Positions 1 through 12,181 are shown, numbered from the whole stretch's first letter. The stretch: DNA of 63,427 nucleotides, filler included, from Octopus bimaculoides (GCF_001194135.2; 3 parts of 3 records of this genome joined end to end with filler, not necessarily neighbours in it), one strand, 5' to 3'. Program-made: numbers and translations. Notes: generated by a model not told the origin, from the letters alone.

Positions 1-20
1 CACATACATACATATATATG

Positions 21-74
<54 letters not shown>

Positions 75-161
75 GCATTTCGTACAACATTAAGGATTTT
101 AACTGTTATTTCTTGCAATATATGTGCTTTGGCACCCTCAGTCACTATTAGCGATGATCAA

Positions 162-196
<35 letters not shown>

Positions 197-198
197 AA

Positions 199-496
199 GG
201 TGTAGGCATGGCTGGGTGGTAAAAAGCTTGCTTCCCAACCATATGGCTCTGAGTCCAGTCCCAATGCATGGAACCTTGTGCAAGTGTCTTCTACTATAGC
301 CACAGGTCAACCCAAGCCTTGTGAGTAGCTTTGGTAGATGAAAACTGAAAGAAGCCTATTGTATATATGTATGTGTCTCCCATCCCCATCATCACTTTAC
401 AACCAGTGTCAGTGTGTTTACATCCCTGTAACTTAGAAAAACACTTTAAGGTGATGCTCCAGCAAGGCCACAGTCAAATGACTGAAAGAAGTAAAA

Positions 497-500
<4 letters not shown>
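199..500 (+). mobile_element. SINE family A (tRNA-derived, internal microsatellite)
   Basis: Pol III A-box-like TGGCTGGGTGG and B-box-like GAGTCCAGTCCC; body GGCAAGTGTCTTCTACTATAGC...GAAACTGAAAGAAGCC; tail ATGACTGAAA.AAGTAAAAGA. Confidence 0.85.
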
Positions 501-540
<40 letters not shown>

Positions 541-2718
541 ATTTATGAATTTGGGGCTGGAACCTGTAAGCCATGTGAGTTTGAAGCAATCATCCAAATG
601 ATGCAGCTATATTTGCAGGCCTTTTTGAATTTGAAAGTATTAACTGTTAAATAATTTTAAATCCGATGATTTTCTGAATTACATCAGCCCCACAATCCTC
701 CCTTGCCTACTAAAGATGATATGTGGCAATAACGTTCTGCTATCATCGCCTTCAGTAGTAGGTCAGTGTGAGTGAGTGAGTGAGTGAGTGTGAGTGTGTG
801 TGTGTGTGTGTATTTTTAATTGTTGAATATAAGAAAAGTTATTAATAAAATATATCAGACTCACTCAGAAAGCCTATCACTGATGAAATTTCGAAGTTAC
901 TGTCAACCTGTTCCTTGTGAACCTAAGTTACCATTATACAGTTTCCATCTACCGAATTCAACTCAAAAAGCTTTTGTACTTGAGGCCAGAGTACAAAACA
1001 CTTGCCTGAGATGGTGAACAGTGGGACTGAACCTTGAACCACTTTGCTACAAAGTTAACTAAGCCACCATCTCTGCATATACTACACACACAACCTCTCA
1101 GCACCACAGCCACTACATCAGGTTCCTTGCTACTTTAGTCACATTCAATGAAACAGGCATTAGAACCAGATTCCCTTCATGTAGGTGTTGACTTGCTGTT
1201 GTTGAAGTTTTAGCATCAATCCATCAATCTTATGAGATAAGAACAACCAGCAAAACTCAAGGGCTCTGTCCCTATTGTCCGGACTAATTCATAAACAGAA
1301 GACGTCCATCCTTCAGTGCACTAAACAGTTTACCGTTGCAAACATTCAGGCTTCACTTTGGACTACACAAAGGCCTTACTTACACATCCTAGTGGTGTGG
1401 CCTGCAAAGCTCCTGAACACTGTTCTATGACTATTTAAAATATACAAGTAAATTAAATTCAAAGTCACAAACCACGTAACCAAATAGTTTAGTGTATAAA
1501 GCATAATTATAAGCTTAAAGCATGTTTAGTTCTGGTGTTAGAATCACAGTGGGGGTTATTTGGTTATTTTGCTCAGCTTTTATTAAACTTTATATATTAT
1601 GTACAATATTATGGTGGTTGATCCAGGTGTAAAATATTAGTTTTATTTTTATCCCCTTTCCTTGACCTGCTTTTTGCCCCTGGATTGAAGATTGTCATAG
1701 ATGAGAGAGTGAGAGGTGGACAGTGTGCAGCTCTTCTTTGCATTAAAACTAAGTTGCAGCAAAGTCATTGGTTATTCTTAGGGATTACTAAAGGTTCTTT
1801 GTTGTTCCAACAGATGAATCTGAGTTATTTAGTCACAATGTAGATTAATGTTGAAGTTATTTAGGGGTTACATTGAGCTGGTGCAGAATAAAAATGAGGT
1901 TCCAAACCTTAAGTTTAAATTAAATCCCAATTAAATTTTCAATGAATTTCCATAATTTAATAATGAACTTAGCTCACACATTTCACTAAAGTGAGGAGAG
2001 TGACATAATGGTTCATCCATCCATCTTATCTGCCTGGGAGGGTCATTGGAGCACCTCCTCTATCAGAAGCAACTATCATCACACTTTCCAGCGGGATTCC
2101 TAGGAATGGCCAACTGAAGACAAAAACAGGTGAGGGAACAACAAGCAGGTGTATACACTAATGCATAATCCAGTGCAACCTGTTGCACGGAGTGTCATTA
2201 ACAACTAACCTGACAACCCCAACAAGTTTGTTTGGTGTGGATGATTTTGGACTCCCTACAGGATGAAATAATAGCACGTGTCAAAGGGCCTGTGTATGCA
2301 TGGATTGTGGTATATTTGCATTTCATTTCAATGAGTCACAGAAGAAACAAGTAACATTCCTCTCCATAGCTCTGAAGTTGGTTGCAGTAGCTTAATGGGG
2401 ACAATGGGTCCAGCATGATGGCAACACACCATTGTGCTGGGTGAGAAGCCATGCTGCAAGACAACCTGGTATGATGTTTTAAAGGCCTGAGCCACACACC
2501 AAGTTAGATGCTAGTCAATCTCCTGTATTCTTATATAAGCTTAGTTGTCTTACCTTTATCTTGTCTCTGAGCATATTCAATAACTAGATATCGGGAATCA
2601 GACGTATACAAAGATATTACATATTTAAAAAAAAAGAAACATTAGGATAGTCTAGCATCTGATCATCAAATTAAGAAAAATGTTTATATATATACATATA
2701 TATATATATATAAATAAA

Positions 2719-3037
2719 GGCATGTGGCTGGTGGTTATGGTGTACAGATTACAATCATAAGGACATGAGTTCAATTCCCGATGGCATGTTGTGTCTTTGA
2801 ACAAGGCACTTGATTTTACATTGTTCCTGTCTACTCAGTTGACAAAAATGAGATGTACCTGTATTTCAAAGCGGCCAGCCTTGTCACATTCTATATTATG
2901 TTGAATCTTCCTGAGAACTACATTAAGGGTATGTGTGTCTGTGGAGTGCTCAGCCACATGCACGTTAATTTCATGAGCAGGCTGTTCCTTTGAATGGATC
3001 AAGTGGAACCTTCATCGTCATAACTGATGGAATGCCA
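2719..3037 (+). mobile_element. SINE family C (tRNA-derived)
   Basis: GGCTGGTGGTTA A box; GAGTTCAATTCCC B box; body TTGTGTCTTTGAACAAGGCACT...GGAGTGCTCAGCCAC. Related pieces at 21560-21715(-) and 59660-59845(-). Confidence 0.8.
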
Positions 3038-3280
3038 GATATATATTACAAGCACAGGAGTCTAATGGCAAAGGTGCTGAGCTCACGATCCTAAAATTGT
3101 AGGTTTGGTTGGACCAGGTGGCAATGTGTTTTGTCTCATGTAGCTCCATTCTACTTAGATGAAACTAAACACCGGCCTCTCCCCCTCCAGTTGCCACATC
3201 CCTGATCATATGTTGAAACAAGGGGTGAGAAAAGCAAAAAGGTGTCTATGGTTATTTTATATATACAAATATATATATAT

Positions 3281-3644
3281 ATTCTTTCATTTGTTTCAGC
3301 CATTTGACTGCGGCCATACTGGAGCACTGCTTTTAGTTGAAAAAATCGACCCCAGGACTTATTCTTCGTAAGCCTAGTACTTATTATATTGGTCTCTTTG
3401 CTAAATTACAGGGATGTAAACAAACCAACATTGGTTGTAAAGCGATGGTGGGAGGGGGGGACAAACACAGACGTATATATATATATGACAGGCTTCTTTC
3501 AGTTTTTGTCTACCAAATCCACACACAAGGCTTTGGTTGGCCCAACACTACAGTAGAAGACACTTGCCCATGGTGCCATGCAATAGGACTGAACCTGGAA
3601 CCATGTAGTTGGTAAGCAAGCTACTTACCACACAGCCACTTCTG

Positions 3645-3649
<5 letters not shown>
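3281..3649 (-). mobile_element. SINE family A
   Basis: Full-length reverse copy. Confidence 0.88.
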
Positions 3650-3701
<52 letters not shown>

Positions 3702-4128
3702 CACACACACACACACCCATACATGACTATTTTCAAGTTTTATCTTTTTTTTTATTCCAGACTTTTCATATTTTCTTATGAACTTTTTACAATTGGTTTG
3801 GAACAATTAAGCTCCTAAATCCATATTCCAACATTTGCATATCTTCACATTTCTCAATTCTTGAAAATGAGACCATGAAAGTCTAGAAACATTGGATACG
3901 GATTTAGGAACGTTATTGTTCCTAACCAACAGTAAAAAGCTCAGAGGAAAATATGAAAAGTCTAAAAAGAAATGGTAAAATTTCAACATGGTCATGTGAG
4001 TGTGTATTGTGTCTAGCCACCTTTGTTATTTAATAATTTTCACATTACCATTTTGCTAAATCATCCATTTATTCATATGGTAAATATTATATACTGATTG
4101 GTAGGATTTAGCTTAACTATCAGCGATA

Positions 4129-4188
4129 GAGTGATCATTACTGATGAGCTTTAAGTGAAACTAGCTTGCTAGTATAGTGACCTCACTC
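4129..4188 (+). ncRNA. Type I hammerhead ribozyme (antisense to CYRI intron 6)
   Basis: CUGAUGA 4141-4147; short stem II G-C-U/A-G-U; GAAA 4157-4160; stem III CUAG-CUUG-CUAG; GUA cleavage triplet; stem I GAGUGA-UCAUUA paired with UAGUGA-CC-UCACUC. Confidence 0.8.
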
Positions 4189-4785
4189 GTTGTGGGGCAG
4201 TTATCTCCCCTGTCAGTATATAGACAATGAACTTTTTGTGGCAGTTAAGAGTCTTCGCCTCTGGTTTCAAGCAATGTAGGTGCTACCCTGCATCCTCAGT
4301 CACTATTAGTGACAATTGAACTTTTTGTTTTTGATTATATATATATATATATATATATTGCTACTAATTTCTTCCACTACGTCATACACACACAAACACA
4401 CTAACAGATAAACCACCAAACCATGCACACACACACATACATACGCACACACGTTATCACACACACACTCGCAGACTCCCGCACACGCACANNNNNNNNN
4501 NNNNNNNNNNNNNNNNNNNNNNNNNNNNNNNNNNNNNNNNNNNNNNNNNNNNNNNNNNNNNNNNNNNNNNNNNNNNNNNNNNNNNNNNNNNNNNNNNNNN
4601 NNNNNNNNNNNNNNNNNNNNNNNNNNNNNNNNNNNNNNNNNNNNNNNNNNNNNNNNNNNNNNNNNNNNNNNNNNNNNNNNNNNNNNNNNNNNNNNNNNNN
4701 NNNNNNNNNNNNNNNNNNNNNNNNNNNNNNNNNNNNNNNNNNNNNNNNNNNNNNNNNNNNNNNNNNNNNNNNNNNNNNNNNNNNN

Positions 4786-4824
<39 letters not shown>

Positions 4825-5202
4825 GAGAGATCTGTAGTGTTAACTGGAAAGCTCCTACTGAAAGACAAGTTTCCTTTGAGACACTCAGGAATCTTGGAGC
4901 AGACGTAACAAAGAAATGGAAATAATACATAATACTTTCACTCTATTTTACCATTACCATTCCCTTACCTTAATGTTATGCCATTCTGAATATTCCCAGA
5001 TTACTTAGAGTGGAATCATTACTTTCTGTGAAAAATATATATATTAGCAACAGAGGCAGTATTAATACTAAGGGGTAATATTTATTCCCATTTAAATGTG
5101 GATGTTCTGTTAGTAGATACCATGAAAGAAAGTCTCATATTGGCTTTTGGTGCAAAATGCACTCTTGTTAATGTCACTAGCAGGGAGATAAATCCCTGCC
5201 AC

Positions 5203-5280
5203 CTCCAGCACTGAGGTCACCAGATCTTGTGATTTCAACCTTCCTTGGTCTCATCAGTGACGGACCCTTGACCGCTAGAG
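5203..5280 (-). ncRNA. Type I hammerhead ribozyme (sense in CYRI intron 6)
   Basis: Minus strand: CUGAUGA 5257-5251; stem II GACC-AAGGAA-GGUU; GAAA 5236-5233; stem III AUC-ACAA-GAU; AUC triplet; long stem I with an internal loop. Confidence 0.85.
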
Positions 5281-5674
5281 ATAGCAGCGAATCAACGCAG
5301 TGCCAGCGATGTATAGAATAATAGTGCTGAAACATGTTGCGATTTGTCAGAGGCAGTATTAATATTGAACGGCAATATTTATCTCCGCTTAAACATTGGT
5401 ATTCTGTATGGACAAACTATACTGTGGTAGACACCATAAGAGAAACTCTCATATTGACTTTTCGGTGCAAAATGCATTCCTGTTTATAACGCTTTCTTTG
5501 AGGCATACAACCTTTTGATTCTCATAATTTTTTTACTCTGCAGCTAGCCTAGAATGAATCATCTTTATCTTAAGGAGGTGGTAATACTAAGTACTGCTCT
5601 GCATATGGGCTACTTGCATGAAACATTGTCTGATGTAAATAAACATTTTTAATTATTTCTTTTTGTTATGAAGT

Positions 5675-5827
5675 CAAAATAATACAAGTTACAAGAAATA
5701 ATACAAGTTGATGGTTTCTAGTTTTACCTTGTATTTCAATATTGCAGAATTCAGATCCCTTCTTCAATACTAGGTAAAAGCATGAACCATCAACCTGTAT
5801 TATTTTTTTATAACTTGCATTGTTTTG
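5675..5827. repeat. Imperfect ~60-bp inverted repeat with ~30-nt spacer
   Basis: CAAAATAATACAAGTTACAAGAAATAATACAAGTTGATGG.. pairs with ..CCATCAACCTGTATTATTTTTTTATAACTTGCATTGTTTTG. Confidence 0.85.
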
Positions 5828-8479
5828 CCTCCATAATTAATAAAATAATTAAAACATTTATGTTTGTATGTATACTTTAGCTCTTTTGATACCAACCTCT
5901 GTCAAAATTTTATGTTAATTTATATTAAAAAAAAAGGCTGAATATAAACAAATATATTTTGATAAATTCTTGATTATTTTCAAAATTAACTGAAACAAAA
6001 GCAGTGCATTTCAATAGAAATATAGAAATGAAAGGTTAACTGGTTGAAGTCTTTGAACTACAGTCAAGCTGGAGCACTGTACTCAATAGGTTTTTCAGTC
6101 CATCATTTTAGGTCCATTCCTTTCTCCAGGATTTATTTTAGCCTCCCCTATTTATTAAGTGATAAGGGAAACTTATTTTTTTATTTTACATCATAGAACA
6201 AAAATCAGGTGAGTTTTTGTATTAACAGACAATTGTGTTCCCTGTTCTTAGGCAGTTCAGAACTGAAAACAAAAGGATAACCTTTTGATTAGTGATTCCT
6301 ACATTGACTAACCAATGTTATTCCACTTTATCTAAACATTAATAAAACAGTACTTTTTCACTTAATTGCATCTCATGCCTTAACCATAAACACACACACT
6401 TCTGCAGTTTCCATCAACCAAATTTCACTCCAAGGCATTGGGTCATCTGAAAGCTACAGCAAGAGACAAATGCCAAAGTGTAGCGGAATGGATATTCCGG
6501 ATTATTACATGGTTGCAAAAACGAACATTGTAGCAGCAACACATTTCTCTGACACATGACAGGTTGAGTTAACTCGTTAGCATTTAATCTCTTACCATTC
6601 TGATTATTGTGTCAAGTGTAAAGCTTATTTATTCACATTGCTTTGAATTAGTCATGCATTATCACGTAGCATTGAGATTTTGAAGGTATAATTGTAGGCT
6701 AGGTGTGAGAAGCTAGATCTAGCTGGTTTGAACATAAAACGGGTAGCATGTTTTGGTTGGTTTGAATGCTATGCCAGCATGGACAATGGACGTTAAGTGA
6801 TGATGATGATGATGATGGTTAAGCCTGCTTTATCTGGCTCCAAAACTCTTCCTGTTTTACATTCAAACTGACCAGATCTAGCTTCTCACACCTACCCTAC
6901 AATGTCATTTGAAAGCTAAACAGTCATACCATCAAAATGTCAAGACTACGAGATAATGCATGATTAATTCAAATCAAGGTAAATAAATAAGAGTTAAATT
7001 AGACAGAATAACTTGAATACTAAAGAGTTAAACAACCTTAATGTATAATTAAACTGCCAAGTTCTTCAGAGAACTTCATATGCTATACTAAAAGAACAAG
7101 CATTGGTTTCTTGAGTCAGTGGATCTCATTCACTCACATGGCCTATATTAGAAATTTTGAAAGGAACGAGTAGCTGAACTTGATCAATATTTGATTTGAC
7201 GGACCTTGGACGGATGAATGACACAGGATCATTAATAATTAAAAAGTGGATTTTATAATTGGCAAAGATGACTTTTTATAAAATTACAAGATATTTCAAT
7301 AACACAATTTGATTAAAATATTTTTACAAATATATATATTTTAAAAGATATAGAAATAAATATTCAAAGAATGTATTCTATGAAATGGGATCTTAAACCT
7401 AGTACCCCCAAATTCTCGACAAATTAATATACAAGAAATAGTTCCTCTTTGCCATTATTACTGATACCTTAATTAAGGAGATAGTGAATACTGAATATAA
7501 AGTAGTCACACATTATGTGTATAGTATAAAGAAATTGAACTCTTTTAAACCCCCCCCCCCCCAACTCTGTGGTACCTGCTGTCACCAGACTTAAATAAAG
7601 GTCTCTTGAAAATGAGATATTCTTAATGTATAAACATTTAAGTATTCTAATTGCAACTTTTTCAAAGTAAGGATAGTTCAACTCTGAAGCAATTTATGAG
7701 ACTCCAGGGCGAGTAGATTCCATTTTATAGAATATATTTTTCAAATATATATATTTTAAAAGATATAGAAATAAATATTCAAAGAATGTATTCTATGAAA
7801 TGGGATCTTAAACCTAGTACCCCCAAATTCTCGACAAATTAATATACAAGAAATAGTTCCTCTTTGCCATTATTACTGATACCTTAATTAAGGAGATAGT
7901 GAATACTGAATATAAAGTAGTCACACNNNNNNNNNNNNNNNNNNNNNNNNNNNNNNNNNNNNNNNNNNNNNNNNNNNNNNNNNNNNNNNNNNNNNNNNNN
8001 NNNNNNNNNNNNNNNNNNNNNNNNNNNNNNNNNNNNNNNNNNNNNNNNNNNNNNNNNNNNNNNNNNNNNNNNNNCATTACTTGCGATTTATTCAATTTAA
8101 TATCTTTTAGAAGATATTATTTGATAACTTATAAGGAACACTTTATACAAAAACAAAAGAATATTCTAGAAACTTTAACCTGCATCTTATGAACACAGGG
8201 TCAGGATCTGTAATGCAGTGGGTTAAGAAAGGGCCTTTAAAAATTAAGGAGTGTATTATAAGCTGGTGTACTTTATAAGCCATCAAATATGATTTAATGT
8301 AGTATACATGTCATTTTATTGGAGCTGATTTTGGAGTCTTGGATTTGCCAAGTGCTCCTTTTTTATCATTCACTTAAATATAACTGACCTTTGTTTGGTT
8401 ATTGCAATATTTTGCTTGCCAAGGTCAGTTGAATGCCGGGATTATACCTAACTCTTCAAGCCATGAAAAATAATACTCG

Positions 8480-9373
8480 TAACTGCTGAGGACATACGTA
8501 AGCTCGCAAGGAATGAAGCCAGTATGCTCCGTTGGATGTGTAATGTCAATGTGAATACCCGTCAGAGTGTAAGTATCTTGAGAGAAAAGCTGAACATTAG
8601 AAGCATCAGTTGTGGCGTGCAAGAGAGACGATTGTGCTGGTATGGACATGTGGTGAGAATGGAGGAGGATAGCTGCGTGAAAAAGTGCCACACCCTAACA
8701 GTTGAGGGAACCCGTGGAAGAGGTAGGCCCAGGAAGACCTGGGCTGAGGTNNNNNNNNNNNNNNNNNNNNNNNNNNNNNNNNNNNNNNNNNNNNNNNNNN
8801 NNNNNNNNNNNNNNNNNNNNNNNNNNNNNNNNNNNNNNNNNNNNNNNNNNNNNNNNNNNNNNNNNNNNNNNNNNNNNNNNNNNNNNNNNNNNNNNNNNNN
8901 NNNNNNNNNNNNNNNNNNNNNNNNNNNNNNNNNNNNNNNNNNNNNNNNNNNNNNNNNNNNNNNNNNNNNNNNNNNNNNNNNNNNNNNNNNNNNNNNNNNN
9001 NNNNNNNNNNNNNNNNNNNNNNNNNNNNNNNNNNNNNNNNNNNNNNNNNNNNNNNNNNNNNNNNNNNNNNNNNNNNNNNNNNNNNNNNNNNNNNNNNNNN
9101 NNNNNNNNNNNNNNNNNNNNNNNNNNNNNNNNNNNNNNNNNNNNNNNNNGGCACATAAAAGACACCATTTCGAGCGTGGCCGTTTTCGTGCGGGTGACAC
9201 GTAAAAGCACCCACTACACTCTCTGAGTGGTTGGCGTTAGGAAGGGCATCCAGCTGTAGAAACTCTGCCAAATCAGACTGGAGCCTGGTGTTGCCATCCG
9301 GTTTCACCAGTCCTCAGTCAAATCGTCCAACCCATGCTAGCATGGAAAGCGGACGTTAAACGATGATGATGAC
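8480..9373 (+). mobile_element. RTE-clade LINE 3' end (gap-interrupted) with (GAT)n tail
   Basis: MLRWMCNV...LREKL...QERRLCWYGHVVRM...GRGRPRKTW followed by the 3'UTR ending GGACGTTAAAC-GATGATGAT. Confidence 0.88.
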
Positions 9374-9465
9374 TACATTAAGTAAAGTTTATAAATTTGT
9401 GCAAATCTGGTGATTCATTCAATCACTACTCTGAGTTTTGTGCATTATGTATTTATTCCACATAC

Positions 9466-9505
<40 letters not shown>

Positions 9506-10155
9506 CGACACATCTGGTCAACATATTCTACAGGTTTTATGTTCAAACCAGCCAGAAGCAACCTCTCACACCTACCCTACAATGTCATTTTGAAAATAAG
9601 CAATCACATCATGAAAATCTCAAAGCTACAAGATAAAGCATGATTAATTGAAAACAATGTGAATAAATAAGAATTACATCTGACTGAGTTATTTGAATGC
9701 TAAAGGGTTAATTGGCCAAAACTTCAAAGTCACTATTAATAATATTCTTGTTTAAGAATCATAAACATATGTAATTGTGTGAGTGTGTGTATACATACAT
9801 ACACACGCTTACATCGAACAGTAAGAACAAGTGCTCAACACTGCATTGGTAGAGCCGCAAAGTGTGTGTATGTGAATAAGTGCGTTTGTCTCTGTGTGTG
9901 TGTGTGTGTGTGTGTGCGTGTAAAATCAATGTGAAATTTTAAACTGAAAAAACAAAAATAGGCACAACATATCCACCACCCAATAAACTATATATAAAAA
10001 AAAAAAGACAGAATGAAGTAAAATTCAATAACAGAATGTCAAAACAGTTGAAGAATGCCCCTCGTATTCCCCCTCCCCCCATGGTTACCCTTCCTAAAAA
10101 ATGGAACAAAAGAACTGCTGCTGTAGGAGGAATGTTTGTGTGTTGGGTGTCTTAC

Positions 10156-10278
10156 CTGCGTCACAAACTTGGTTGTAGTGTCACTTAACATCTTTAACAT
10201 TGGTGTGGCGTGGGCGTAAAATAGTGACATCCGATTAGCAGTTTCATTAGACACTTCAGTTTCACCAGCCTCACCATC
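10156..10278 (-). CDS. CYRI: CYRI/FAM49 coding exon 6 ([41 protein letters not shown])
   Basis: 123 nt; GACAG acceptor and GTAAG donor; matches [25 protein letters not shown]. The gene continues 3' beyond this exon. Confidence 0.96.
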
Positions 10279-10299
10279 CTGTCAAATATAAATATATAT

Positions 10300-10730
10300 A
10301 TTCTTTTATTCTTTTCTTTTATTCTTTTACTTGTTTCAGTCATTTGACTGCAGCCATGCTGGAGCACTACCTTAAGGGGTTTTTGTTGAACAAATCAACC
10401 TCAAGACTTATTCTTTGTAAGCCTAGAACAGCTAAGTTACAGGAATGTAAACACACCAACATGGACACAAACACACAAATACATACATACACACAATGGG
10501 CTTCTTTCAGTTTCTGTCTACCAAATTCACTCACAAGGCTTTGGTTGGCCTGAGACTATAGTAGAAGACACTTGCCCAAGATGCCATACAGTGGGACTGA
10601 ACCCAGAACTATGTGGTTGGGAAGCAAGCTTCTTATCACACAGCNNNNNNNNNNGATGCCATACAGTGGGACTGAACCCAGAACTATGTGGTTGGGAAGC
10701 AAGCTTCTTATCACACAGCCACTCCTGCAC
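10300..10730 (-). mobile_element. SINE family A (head duplicated across a 10-N gap)
   Basis: Reverse copy just upstream of the exon 6 acceptor. Confidence 0.85.
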
Positions 10731-10740
10731 CTATATACAT

Positions 10741-10795
<55 letters not shown>

Positions 10796-10938
10796 AAGTG
10801 TTTAGTTCACAGGCTATCTAAATGATTAGGCATGCTAGGTAAGTGCTGTAATGGATTACTAGGGCTCCAAGGTTGTAGCTGAGGCAGTAGTTATGGAGCC
10901 ATTGCAGATTTCCAATGCAGCGGATATTATTGTTAAAA

Positions 10939-11347
10939 GGCGCAGGAGTGGCTGAATGATAAGTAGCTTGCTTACCAACCGCATGGTTCCGGGTTCAGTC
11001 CCACTGCGAGGAACCATGGGAAAGTGTTTCTTCTTCTATAGCCTTGGGCCAACCAAAGCTTTGTGAGTGGATTTGGTAATGGGAAACTAAAAGAAGCCCC
11101 GTCGTCTATATGTATATATATATATATATGTATGTGCGTGTATATGTTTGTGTCTGTGTTTTTCCCCCAACATCGCTTGACAATCAATGGTGGTGTGTTT
11201 ACGTCCCTGTAACTTAGCAGTTTGGCAAAAGAGACTGATAGAATAAATACTAGGCTTACAAAGAATAAGTCCTGGGGTCAATTTGTTAGACTAAAGACGG
11301 TGCTCCAGCATGGCCACAGTCAAATGACTGAAATAAGTAAAAGAGTA
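10939..11347 (+). mobile_element. SINE family A
   Basis: GGCGCAGGAGTGGC...GGTTCAGTCCC head through to the AAGTAAAAGAGTAAAA tail. Confidence 0.9.
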
Positions 11348-11696
11348 AAAATAGTGGACAACAAACATTATGGCAAACATCTCAAGTCATATACAATATT
11401 AATATTGGGAAAAATTCAAAGTATTATAGTTGTGCCTGGGATATCTCCGAGTATGGGATATTTTGCCATCAGAGACAAATAGGGAAAATGAGAATGGTAT
11501 ATATTAATAAGATGACAACATAGAGGAAGGGAGTAAAAGAATAAGGAGATGGAAAGAAGAAAAAAGAAGCATAAAAGTTCATGGTTCAACTTTCTGAGAT
11601 CATAGAAACAAGAGCATGAGTCCTTAAGTGCAAGGATGACTTGAGATGTTTGCCTTGCCTTAATGTTTGTTGTCCTCTTTAATAATTATATATATA

Positions 11697-11820
11697 GGCG
11701 TAGGAGTGACTGTGTGGTAAGTAGCTTGCTTACCAACCACATGGTTCCGGGTTCAGTCCCACTGCGTGGCACCCTGGGCAAGTGTTTTCTACTATAGCCT
11801 TGGGCTGACCAAAGCCTTGT
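11697..11820 (+). mobile_element. SINE family A 5' part (runs into a gap)
   Basis: Head and body motifs present. Confidence 0.85.
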
Positions 11821-12181
11821 NNNNNNNNNNNNNNNNNNNNNNNNNNNNNNNNNNNNNNNNNNNNNNNNNNNNNNNNNNNNNNNNNNNNNNNNNNNNNNNN
11901 NNNNNNNNNNNNNNNNNNNNNNNNNNNNNNNNNNNNNNNNNNNNNNNNNNNNNNNNNNNNNNNNNNNNNNNNNNNNNNNNNNNNNNNNNNNNNNNNNNNN
12001 GAACCCAACTACTTGCAGACAGTGTATCCCGTTGAATTCATTAATTTAATTCATAGCTAAAGTGATAAAAAAAGAAAAAACCCAAAGTACAGGTGTTTAT
12101 GACAAACCATGTTATTTTGCCAACCGGGTTTACAAATAGAAGTACAAAGTACATAAGAAATTAGAGAATGAACAGAAGTTT

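Noticed and set aside
641-695. Minus-strand CUGAUG-U...GAAA with a 4-bp stem III
   Set aside because: A9 is mutated and no stem I pairing exists; chance or unrecognisably decayed.
2040-2480. GC-richer segment suggestive of a transposon relic
   Set aside because: No TIR or diagnostic peptide could be confirmed.
4820-4868. Peptide FPVNTTDLS resembling CYRI LPIENTTDCLS
   Set aside because: The phase-0 reading from the nearby acceptor starts with a stop, and the sequence runs into microsatellite.
7327-7926. Exact ~185-bp direct repeat (7327-7511 and 7742-7926)
   Set aside because: The second copy ends at a gap and is identical, so it is probably an assembly artefact.
10581-10720. Exact ~65-bp duplication of a SINE head
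   Set aside because: The identical copies flank a 10-N gap, typical of an unmerged contig overlap.
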